DNA of 64,000 bases from contig MU058387.1 of assembly GCA_013265495.1 (NCBI GenBank), positions 558,001 through 622,000 of the forward strand, read 5' to 3'. Shown in pieces: positions 1 through 11,236 of this stretch. The notes beneath the pieces are model-generated. The model saw nothing but the letters and a program-made list of their open reading frames with translations, searched no databases and had not been told where the DNA came from. This DNA is from Vicugna vicugna (Eukaryota). How positions within the stretch are numbered: position 1 is the stretch's first letter; the number at the start of each line of letters is the position of its first letter. The position numbers were made by a program, and so were the translations under genes.

Positions 1-570
1 ACTCTCAAATGAGCCTCTGTTTGAGTGCTAAACTGTGTGGTCACCATAGTCATAGGTGACCTTCGCAAGAATGGTGAGGTCGCATAGGACGGGACGTGTC
101 TGGTTGGGGTGAGGGGAATTGAGAGGGAGGGGTCAGAGGAGAGGAACTGAACACAGAGAGTAAAGGCAATTCTTTAAAAGAGTTTTTCATGTGGAACCAA
201 GTAAGTTGGAGGGAGCAGTGGCATTGAAGGAGGCATTTGCTTGTTTGTTGAAATGGGAGAACATATAGCAAATGTTTTTGTTAACAAAAATGATCCAGTA
301 AAGAGGGAACTAGATAAGCCTGACTACTCAGCCTTAGGAGTCCCCATCCATTTAAAAAAAATTGTTTCTTGTAAATTTTTCGTAAGATTAATTTATGAAA
401 ATGACTTAGTCCAATGTCTACTGCACAGTGGGTATACTGGTAGAATGCGGCCAAAGTCACTCCCAAAGCCTGTAGTGTTTCCCTCACTAAAAGTACACCA
501 AGGAGTACAACCTCAGAGTGTACAAAGTCTGTCTCACTATCATTCCCCCAAATCAATGCCTTTCCTGACT

Positions 571-1088
571 GGTAAGCAGAATGGTGACCCGGCCTCTCTG
601 CTCTCCCCAGATGCCCACATCCTAGTCCATGGAATGTGTGAATATGTTGTGGTACATGGCAAAAGGGGAATTAAGGTGGCAGATGAATTAGGGCTGCTAA
701 TCAGCTGACCTTCCAACAGTGAGGCAATCCTGGATGACCTGAGTGGACCCATACAACCAAGCAGACTCTCAAAAGTAGAAGAGGGGGGAAGAAAAAAAGA
801 ACCAGAGAAGTGAGACTGTGAAAAGGACTCCATCAGACCTTGCTCAATTTGAAGATGCTGGAAGGGGGCCTCGGGCCAAGGAAAGCAGGCAGCCTCTAGA
901 AACTTCAGAAGGCTAGGAAAGCATTCTTCCCCTGTGCCTTCAGATAGGATCACAGCTCTTCTGACACTTGGTTTCAGCCCAGCAGGAGCAGGTCAGACTT
1001 GTGACCTCCAGAGCTGTGGGATAAATTGGTACTGTTTAAAGGTGTCACTTTTGTGATCATTTGTTACAGCAGCAAGATGAAACTAATA
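571..1088 (+). mobile_element. MaLR solo LTR, MLT1D-like
   Basis: MLT1-type motifs 'gaatatgttgtggtacatggcaaaagggg', 'ctaatcagctgacc' and 'gcagcctctagaa'; typical 3' terminus 'tttgttacagcagcaagatgaaactaatac'. Confidence 0.85.
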
Positions 1089-1299
1089 CCTTGGCTTCCT
1101 ATTGCTGCTCATTACATCTCTAGGACGTCAGGAGAAGATAATATGACAAGGAGAGAATATTCATAACTCTTGTTTCTCCTGTCATTTCTAGTGAGTTTCC
1201 TGAGTATAACATTACATTACCTACCAGAGAAAGTTCTAAAATCTCTTGGCTCATATTCACAACTCTCAAGATTCTTGCCCATCATGCTTTCTTCCATCC

Positions 1300-1521
1300 T
1301 TGTTCCTGATGTTTTATATGCCTGGAATTTCTTTTCCCTTTCCTTGTTGCATTCACTCATTCTTCTCTCTTTAAAATTACATATTAAAACCCAGCTCTTA
1401 TGTGAAGCTTTCCTGATTTTCCCCATCCTCTCCCTCACTTCTCATATTGATGTATCCACTCCCATAGCATACTCCTACTAATATAATAACCACTCATTAA
1501 ATAAGCATTGAATGAATGAAT
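1300..1521 (+). mobile_element. L2 LINE 3' fragment (highly diverged)
   Basis: 'gcctggaat...gaagctttcctgatt' ending in the (gaat)n tail typical of L2. Confidence 0.5.
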
Positions 1522-2789
1522 GCCAAATTTGCTTGAAAATGTTTCAGTGTTGCATTTCCAAATCTTTCAAATTAGATGTTCCAAGCTTTAAGGCTTTCTG
1601 CTATAAGCCTGGCTCAACTATCATAATGATTGCTCATGGGCTTTTCCAGCTTGTATTTGATCTGGAAATCTTATAAGACGAAGTGATTCTCAGCATCATC
1701 TCTTCCGTAGGTGCTAAGATTTAGGTTTGATTCAATACTTTAGTGTAAAGGCTTAAACATTATTCACTTGAATAGACTCACAAATAAAAATTAATATCAT
1801 GAAAAGAAAGCCAGTTTAATGCTATGCTTGAAATAAAATTCAGGATTAAATTCCAGAGCCATTATGGTGACAATGGTGGGGGTGATGGTGGTTGAGAAAA
1901 TGAACTAAATAATTAAAGTAAGTAAAGCATTGGGATTGATCTCTGTGGGGGCCCATTTTGTCATAGTAGCAACTAAAATGACTTTCTTTCCCTCCCTGTA
2001 AGTAAAACTATACCCCCCAGAATGCTTAATGAAAATTTAATTATCATGACTGAGTTTGAATTTGTAGACATTTCCTTTTGTTGCTGCTAATAAACTGAGA
2101 TGTTAATTTGTGTGCTTTAATATATTTAGCTTAAGTGTGAGATGATGTAGAATTTCCTGGATTCGGACATCTGAGAGGAGGCATAATTTAGAGTAAATTG
2201 AATCACAGGACAGTTAAAAAGATTGGCTAGGTTTACTGTTCTGGGAGTTGAGATGATGCTGTTAATGGCAGATGCCATGCTGTGTATTCATCACACCCCT
2301 TTGCTTGGGGCACTGGCCCACCTACCTTGTTGTACTGCTGGGAAAAGGCAGTAGTTATCCATCATTTCCTTAATGAGTTGATAATTAGGGAAACCATAGG
2401 ATAAACACGTTGTTCATCCCAGGAGCAGATAGCGGAGATAAAAATGGCAACCGAGAAATGGCTTCTCCTCTTCCTCACCAGGACTTGTGTTCTGGAATTC
2501 CCCTTTATTTGATCCTTCTTTATTTGGATCTAATATCCCAGTGGTGCTAATGAGTAAGTGAACATTAAGGTTCAGCTTTTTCTTAGCCAAACCTTCCCCT
2601 AAAAAATGTGGCCAGTTATTTTTCAAGTTGTCATTATCATAACTACCATCATCATCATCACCGTCACTGTGATTTACGAAGTCCTTATCATGTGCCAGGA
2701 CCTGTTTTAGCTGATGTTTGAATGATTTATACTGACAAGAAGTACATATTGAACTGGAAAGAGGACCATCTGAGAGCAAACCAGGTAAG

Positions 2790-3022
2790 AGACAGGCTCA
2801 AGGACATGCTACCCTGCTTAGATCCTGGTCTTACCTCTTACTTCCAGTTAAAATTGGGGAATGACTTAACTTCTCAGTGACTCAGTTTTCTCAGCCGTAC
2901 AATGGAAGGAAGAATGGAGCCTACATCCTAGTCTTAATGTGAGGTTAAAAGAAGAATTAAACACCTAAATTGTTTAGCACATATCAAGAGCTTAATAAGT
3001 ACCAGGTAATTTTCTTATTGTT
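2790..3022 (+). mobile_element. MIR SINE
   Basis: MIR core 'gacttaacttctcagtgactcagttttctcagccgtacaatgg'. Confidence 0.75.
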
Positions 3023-3157
3023 ATGGTCAGGGGCGAAGTCTTATTCATTTTCGTATCTCTAAAACCTCCCTGATTTCCTTACATTATGAGATGCTCAATG
3101 CTTTTAAATGGAAGGAAGGCATAACTTCTAAGTGCTCATTAGATACTAGCTGATTAT

Positions 3158-3630
3158 TGTGTTAGGCTGAATAACAGCCTTCCAATGATGTCTGTATTCT
3201 AATTCCTGGAACCTGTGAATATGTCACCTTACATGGCAAAAGGGACTTTGTAGATACGAATAGGTTAAGAAACTTGAGGTGGGAGCATCTTGGATTATTC
3301 AGGTGGACCTGGTGTAATTACAAAGGCCTTTATAAGAGGGAGGCAGGAGGATGACAAAGAGGAGAGATGCAATGACAGAATCAGAGGCTGGAATGATGAG
3401 CTTTAGAGACGAAGGCAGGTCTCCAAGAACCAAGGAATGCGGGCAACCTCTAGATGCTGAAAAAGGCAAGAAGGAGGATTCTTCCCTAGAACTTCCAGAA
3501 GGAATACTGTCCTGCCAACATGTTGATTTTAGAATTTCGGACCTCCAGACTTATACAGGAATAAATTTGTGTTGTTTTAAGCCACGCAGTTCATGGTAAT
3601 TTGTTGCAGCAGCAATAGGAGACTAGTACA
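3158..3630 (+). mobile_element. MaLR solo LTR, MLT1D
   Basis: Starts 'tgtgttaggctgaataa', contains 'ggaacctgtgaatatgtcaccttacatggcaaaagggactttg', ends 'tttgttgcagcagcaataggagactagtaca' (TG...CA termini). Confidence 0.9.
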
Positions 3631-3635
3631 ATTGG

Positions 3636-3743
3636 ATTTTTTGGTGGGGGGAGGCAGTAACTAGGTTTGTTTATTTTCTTAATGGAGGTACTGGGGGTTC
3701 AACCAGGAAGCACACACTCTGCCACTGAGCTCTACCCTCTCCC
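3636..3743 (-). mobile_element. Camelid tRNA-Ala-derived SINE (vic-1 type), internally deleted
   Basis: Reverse complement reads 'gggagagggtagagctcagtggcagag...cccccagtacctccattaag' followed by an A-rich tail; homologous to the copy at 53748. Confidence 0.85.
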
Positions 3744-4362
3744 TAGACTTCAGACATCACATGAAGATGAGTGAAGGATCACTCATCTCAGCTCTTTGTG
3801 GGTAGAAGTTTCCTCTCACGCATCTTCTGGCCCAGCTTCCTGCAAGGAGAGCTGCTCGCTCATATTTTTTTCTTTACTCACTGTTTTTTGGCCTGGAAAG
3901 TAATATGTGTTGTTGTATCTTGCCTTCTTGATAGCTGGTTTATTTTCACATGGACTTACTTCCTTAAAATTTTATGATGATATTTGAATGTGAGTCTTCA
4001 AAGAGAGTGTTCATTTGGAGAACAAAGGTGCTAGGATAAGTGTGGGTGTGGATTGGGGGGCAGTTCTTCAGAGATTGGCTTGACAGGGGAAGCCTCAGGG
4101 AAGGAGATTTGCTGTGAATGACAGAAGGGAATTTACAGAAAAACTTCACTCAGCTGGTAGCAGGTCTGCTTTTGAGCAAGATACAATTTGCAGGTTTTTG
4201 ATAACTGGGTTCTACCCTCTACCAACAAGATCTGGTATGTGACTGGCTGGCAGGATAGCTAACCAAATTGAAAATGTTACCTGGAAAGCATCCTTCAAGA
4301 AAGGTTTTTCACCGTGAGGACAAATCTTGCACCTGGATGTGTCTTTAGAATGAGTCACCGAA

Positions 4363-4449
4363 GGGGTGGGGGTATAGCTCAGTGGTAGAACATGTGCTTA
4401 GCATACAGGAGGCCCTAGTTTCAATCCTTAGTACCTGCATTAAAAAAAA
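4363..4449 (+). mobile_element. Camelid tRNA-Ala-derived SINE head (5' part of a SINE-L1 chimera)
   Basis: 'ggggtgggggtatagctcagtggtagaacatgtgcttagcat...ttcaatccttagtacctgca' has A-box and B-box-like segments; the SINE's 3' body is absent. Confidence 0.9.
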
Positions 4450-4926
4450 TCCCATTTCCATAAAAAAAGATTGAAATAATGCCATTTGCAGGAACATGGA
4501 TGGATCTAGTGATTATCATATTAAGTGACGTAAGTCAGACAGAGAAAGACAAATATATGATATCACTTACATGTGAACCCTAAAAAAAATGCAAATTTTA
4601 TTTACAGACTAGAAATAGACTCATGAACATAGAAAACAAACTATGGTTACCAAAGAGGAAAAGGTGGAGGAGGGATAAGTTAGGAGTTTGGGATTAACAG
4701 ATATATACTGCTATATACAAACTAGATAAACAACAAGGACCTAATGTATAGCACATGGAATTATATTTAATTTCTTGTAATAAGCTATGATGGAAAAGAC
4801 TCTGAAAAGAAAAAAAAATATGTATGTCTATGTATAACTGAATCACTTTGCTGTACACCTGAAACTAGCATTGTAAATCAACTGCACTTCAATAAAAAAT
4901 AAAATTAAACAAACAAAAAAACAAGA
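4450..4926 (+). mobile_element. L1 LINE 3' end (ORF2 terminus, 3' UTR and A-tail)
   Basis: 'gaaataatgccatttgcaggaacatggatggatctag...aagtcagacagagaaagacaaat...gctgtacacctgaaact...aataaa' plus an A-rich tail. Confidence 0.93.
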
Positions 4927-5929
4927 AGAATGAATCACTAAACAGCCCTCATGATCTGATTCAGCACAAACCTGACAAACATCAGACCTCTGCTTGGCTT
5001 TGAGCATCTCTCATTGCTGATGGAAATGGTCTGTAGGGCCGAGGACAGACGGTAGGGTAGAAGTCCTCTCTGTTCCCGTGAGCGCAGTTCCTCGCACAGT
5101 TCCCCCAACAGCCACTTTTGCCAACAACCATGAAGTCAAACAACCCCAGAACTTTCCCACGTCTTGCAGTCTAGCCACCTGCAGACCTCCCCACCTCGTC
5201 CACACCAACAGTGGCTGGAGAAGCCACTGCTTCACACACTTACATTGGCAACGTAGAGAGAGCAGCGTCCATCTGAAATAAACACTCCAATGTAGGGATT
5301 ATCCTTGTTTAAAGTCAACGAAACTGAGGCTCACAGCCGTTCAGCCCATTGTCGGAAAACCCAGAGCTTCCGAGTGGTAAGTCAAGGCTCAGGCTCCAAC
5401 TGGTCTGATTCCTGAGTGAAGCCCAATAGCCCAGTCCCTGTAATTTCCGTCTCTGTGGCACTGACTGGAGAAGAAACTGGACTTAGATGCTGAGAGCAAT
5501 GGCTGGGGGAGAGGTGTTTGAAGGACGCCCCGCAGAACTCTCTGGATGGCTGGAACAGCACTGCCTTCTGCTGACCTGTCTTTGTATTCTAATTATACTA
5601 TAGCCTTCTATGAAATCCTATAAATGTTTAAAAAGAATTTTTTTGCGGTGACAAGGAGTTCAAACTTCATGTTTGGGGCTTGTGATGGGTGAAAATCAAA
5701 CTCCAGGGGCCACAGTGGAGGAAAGACTGAGTCATATATTTGGCTTGGACCCCACTCGCCTACAGCCAAGTGAAATTACAAATATGAAAACTGACTTTCG
5801 AGAGGAGGCCTATCAAACATGTTCAGACTAAGGCTGTGTTGGTTAAGCAGTCTATTTATTAAAGGCATAAAACAGCTTGAAATTCTGGAGATCCAAGATG
5901 AATCGGGTGGATTTTCGGGGAACAGTGAA

Positions 5930-6065
5930 CTTGGGGTAGTAGGTAAAAGGACTAGCTTCAGGCTCAGAGCTAGATTTAAATGCCAGCTCTGTCCCTGGGT
6001 AGCTTTGTGACATGAAAGTAGTTATTTATCTTTGCCTCAGTTTCCTCTTTTGTGAGGGAAGATCA
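5930..6065 (+). mobile_element. MIR fragment
   Basis: 'gatttaaatgccagctctg...tgcctcagtttcctcttttgtga'. Confidence 0.65.
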
Positions 6066-8860
6066 CAGGGCATACCTGCTGTGTGCAAAGCTCCAGTCTC
6101 TCCTCCTTTACTGCTCTTTTCACAAAAGCTTGAAGGACCTCAGAGAGTGTCAATTTTATACCTTTTTGAAACTCTAGATTCACTTAGAAACAACCGAAAA
6201 CCAGAAGTCTCACAAATGTGTAAGCTTCGAAACCAGTCCGTCCATCTCCCGTGAAATGACGGGAGCAGATCGATGCAGCCTTAATCATGTTGCTGGGGTC
6301 CCTGGGCTCCACGGGCACAGCTCGCAAATGGAAAGCTGCGAATGTTACATCTGGTCCTTTTCCCCCCCAGTACCTCACCCGACTTCTTTGAAAAGATTAC
6401 GGCTAATTTTAAGACATAAATAACTTGGACAGGAACTAAAATGCATTTTACAGTGCAGTAGTGAAAAAATAATGAACTTAGCTTGATCCCAGTACACCTA
6501 AGGCTTACTGCATGCATCATGTCGAACTCATAAAGTATCACATTTATGGCATCACTACAACCGTCGGCTCCCAGAATCTGAGTGAGGGGAACCACCGGTA
6601 CCTAAGAAAAGCACAATGAAATATGAATGCAAAGACATAAAAATTCAATGGCATGCATTTTATATATCACATTTTACATCTATAGACATAGATAAATATA
6701 TACATATGGTATAAATACATATACACATTTAAAGTCAGAGATTTTACCTTCTTTACCTTCTTAGGAGACAATTACTTCTACTAATATTATCATGAATCAC
6801 AATGAATTATTGATTTCTTATTTACATGTCCAGAGGAAGAGATTCTTTTCTTTCTGATATAAAAAGTCTCATCAAATAATAATTTATAATATTCAATTGA
6901 ATAGATAATTGAATAGACACTATCAACACAGACTTTTTTTTCTCACTTTATAAACTAAGGCATATTAAGCCTATTTCTTTTTTTTTAATGTTTTATTGCC
7001 TGTTGTGTCAACATATATATATAAATATATATATATGTCATTTCCAAGAACTAAAGAAAAAGTGTAATAAAAACATAATTAAGCAGAATTGAGGAAAAGT
7101 GGACCATGTGACTGACAAGCAACTTAGTGTCTCCCTGTATTTCTTGATATGAACATTGAATTTAGTGTAAAGTGTTTTTCAGAAGAGTCCTTGTGCGATA
7201 TGAGAAGTAATCCTTCTTTGTCCAAAATTTGTTTTCCAGTAGCTCAACATTGACTCTACTTCCTTCTCTTTTTTAACAAAAGTAATAGAGGGGATGAAGA
7301 TTAACATTTAAATAAAGTAATGAACCTTCAGCTATCTTGAGAAACAAATGCTGTGAAGAGTTCAGAAGATGGTTAAGACTGGACCAGATCTAACTAAAGT
7401 AAGTTACTTACCTAGATAAAGTAACTAGATGGAAATTAAAAATTCATGGGACTACTGGTTCTTCTACTGATGGGTGTATCACTAAATGAGTAAAAACTAG
7501 ACAATAATTGAATCCAGTAAACATTTATTGACCAATAAGCATTTATTGACCTGGCTACATGCCAGGTCCAGGGACAACACAGGAAATCAATAGATACAAC
7601 ACAATCAAGAAAGAGAAAGAAATCTGGGTCATCAAGGTGAAAAATAGGCTGATATACACTTGGTCTCATGTATTCTGGATGCCTAATAATATTTTAAGTT
7701 TTATAGAAATCTATAATAAGATAGCTTTTCTTGCAGTCTTCTCATTTAGTGGATAAAATAAGACATATTGTTTAAAAAAATTAGGTAACAAGGTAAAAAG
7801 TATATTCCAACTGAGTGGCATACTAATAAGATCTCAAAAAGTATCTGATTAGGTGCAGAGAATGGAATAAAAATTTGGCCCAGGACATAAACAGTAAGTT
7901 TCAGGATTCTGATAAAGCCACATATCTAATATTTCACGTAAACTTTGGGGGGAATGTAATTTCAAAATGTTATATGACTGCACTTCAGCAAGGAGCCATA
8001 TCCAGGGGGAAAATTCCTTTCTCTCATGTAATCCAACTGGATTACAGCTAATTTTCAGAGTAGTTTCTAAAACCCCCTCAACAAAGTCATCAAAGCAGAT
8101 GAATTACATTTCCTTGATGTTTGCCGTTAACAGATTGTCCAGTGATAGGACTGCAGTATCCTTTTCCACCAGACATGAAAAACATTCTTGCAAGCTGGAC
8201 TAAAAATCCAGATAAAATAATAGCACTAATAATATCTTCTGCATTGCATTTCTTTCTGTGCTGTTCTATTTGTTATCTAGTTCCAGTGACAGCAATCCCA
8301 GACGAAATGCACTTGAAATGAATAACACGTGTAGTGTGTTTATCCCGTACAAAGTGGACCAGAAGCACTGGATTTACTGCTATGACTTTAATAGAGAATT
8401 CTTTACATAATGTTACATGAAGTGGCAGCGCTGGAGTATACAGTAATTGGAAGAAGGATACGTGGAAAAATAAACTCTCCTGATGTTATGTATTAGATTG
8501 CACAGTGGTCTCGGGGCATGTCTAATGATCTTAATTCATTTAGTGTGCTGGAATTACCCTTCTCGTAGGCTTAACATCTCAGTGTGCACAAGGCTGTGCT
8601 ACTGGCTCAGACATTAAAAAGTAGCCTTGTAAAATGTTCCTTACAAAAATAAATAACTTGAGTATCGATATATGTAGAAGCTTAATTCTCAAGATCCGGC
8701 ATGTTTAAGATTCACATTCCTTGGACTTTCAGTCTGAAGCAGGAAGAAAACACTCTTTTACGGTTGAGATTTCTGAATATATAACCTTTGCCTGCTGACC
8801 ACGTCCTTTAGAATTAGTGCAAGGCAACAAGATCGCTCGAAACAACAGCGAGTCCAATTG

Positions 8861-11236
8861 TAAGTACCCGTTCGGAAATATTACGGGGTTAGTTCCGGAT
8901 CGCCACAATAAGGTGAATATCGCGAGAAAATGAGTCATGCAAAAGTTTTGGATTCCCAGAGCATATAAAAGTTATGTGTACACTATACTGTGGTCTATTA
9001 AGCATAAATAGCATTATGTCTTAAAAAAAATGTACATAGCTTAGCTTTGTTGCTAAAAGAAGGCTATCATCTGAGCCCTTAGTGAGTTGTAATCTTTTTG
9101 CTGGTGGAGGGTCTTGCCTTGATGTGGATGGCTGCTGACTGATGAAGGTGGTGGTTGCGGAAGGTTGGGATGACTGTGGGCAATTTCTTAAAATAAGACA
9201 ACAGTGTAGTTTGCAGCACTGATTGACTTATCCTTTCACAAATGGTTTCTCTACAGCAGGCGATGCTGTTGGGTAGCATTTTACCCCGAGAAGAACTTTC
9301 AAAATTGGACTCAGTCATCTCAAACTGCTGCTTCAGCTAAGTCCACGTAACAATTCTAAATTCTTTGTTGTCCTTTCAACAATCTTTACAGCATCTTGAG
9401 CAGGAGCAGATTTAATCTCAAGAATCCATTTTCTTTGCTCATCCATAGGAATTAACCCCTCGTCCATTAAAGTTTTATGAGACTGCAGCAGTTCAGTCAC
9501 GTCTTCAGGCTCCACTTCTAATTCTAGTTCTCTTGTTCTTTCACCACATCTGCAGTTACTTCCGACAATGAAGTCCTGATCCCCTCAAAGTCACCCATGA
9601 AGGTTGGAATCAACTTTTTCCAAATTCCATTTAATCTTGATACTTTTGACCTCTTCCCATGAATCATGAATGCTCTTAATGACATCTAAATGATGAATCA
9701 TTTCCAGAAGATTTTCTATTTATTTTGTCCAGATTCATCAGAGGAATCACTATTATGGCAGCTATAGGCTTACAAAACAAAATTTTTTTAAAGTAAGACT
9801 TGAAGGTCGACATAACTCCTTGATCCATGGGCTACAGAATGGATATTGTGTTTGAAAGCATGAAAAACATTAGTTTCATTGTCCATCTCCATCAGAGCTC
9901 TTGAGTGACCAAGCGCATTGTCAATGAGCAGTAAAAAGAGACCTTTTCTTTTGAGCAGTGGGTGTCAACAGTGGGTTTAAAATATTCAGTCAGCCATGAT
10001 GTAAACAGATGTGCTGTGATCCAGGCTTTCCGTTTATAGAGCAGAGGCACAGTAGATTGAGTGTTATTCTTAAGAGCCCTAGGATTTTCAGAATGGTAAA
10101 TGAGCACTGGCTTCCACTTAAAGTCACCAGCTGCATTAATTAAGCCCTTAACAAGAGAGTTGGCCTTTCCTTTGAAGCCCTGAAGCCTAGCATTGACTTC
10201 TCCTCTCTAGCTATGAAAGTCCTAGATGGCATCTTCCTCCAAGGCTGTTTCGTCTACTTTGACAACCTGTTGTTTAGTGCAGCCACCTTCATTAGCTGTC
10301 TTGGCTAGACCTACTGGATAAGTTGCTCCACCGCTTACTGCATTCCTCTTGTACTTTCATGTTATAGAGACCACTTCTTTCCTTAAACCTCATGAACCAA
10401 ACTGCACGAGCCTCAGACTTCTCTTCTGCAGCTCCCTCCCCTCTCTCAGCCTTCACAGAACTGAAGAGAGTTAGAGCCTTGCTCTGGATTAGGCTTTGGC
10501 TTAAGAGAGTGTTGTGGCTGGTTTGGTCTTCTGTCCTGACCATGAAGACTTTTTCCACGTGAGCAATAAGGCTGTTTTACCTTATCTTTTCTGTGTTCAC
10601 TGGAGTAATGCTTTTAATTCCTTTCAAGAAGTTCTCCTTCGCACTCACAACTGAGCTAATGGTTTGGTGCAAGAAGCCTAATGAAAGCCTATTTTGACTT
10701 TTGATAGCCCTTCCCCACTCAGCGGAACCATTTCTAGCTTTTGATTTTAAAGTGAGAGACACGAGACTCTTCTTTTTGCTTGAACAATTAGAGATCATCT
10801 TTGAGTTGTTAATTGACCTGTTTTCAATACTGTCCATCTCAGGGCACAGGGAGGCCTGAGGAGAGGAAGAGTGATGGGGGAGAGGGGGTGGCTGGTGGAG
10901 CAGTCGGAACACACACCACGATTATTGGTGAAGTTGACCATCTTGTAGGGGTGTGGTTTGTGGCACCCCCCAAAATTACAACGGTGACATCAAAGATCAC
11001 TGATCACAGATCAACATATAACAAATACAATAATAATGAAAAAGTCTGAAACAACACAAGAGTTACCAATGTGACACAAGAGACACGAAGTGAGCAGATG
11101 CTGTCGGAAAAGCGGTGCTGACACACCGGCATGACACAGGGTTGCCACAAACTTCCACTTGTAAAAAAATAAAAATAAAAATAAAACATTTTCTGTGAAA
11201 CGCAATAGGGAAGCACAATAAAGTGAAGGACATCTG
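8861..11236 (-). mobile_element. Tigger1 DNA transposon (TcMar-Tigger), near full length, transposase decayed
   Basis: About 2.4 kb with both Tigger1 ends recognisable and TA next to the 11236 end. Minus-strand ORF remnants match Tigger1 transposase: '[34 protein letters not shown]', 'MLIYHSENPRALKN', 'KAWITAHLFTSWLTEYFKPTVDTHC', '[12 protein letters not shown]', 'GKMLPNSIACCRE'. The frame is broken by stops and frameshifts. Confidence 0.95.

Noticed and set aside
241..953. 155-aa and 137-aa ORFs
   Set aside because: They run into or lie within an MLT1 LTR, with no recognisable homology.
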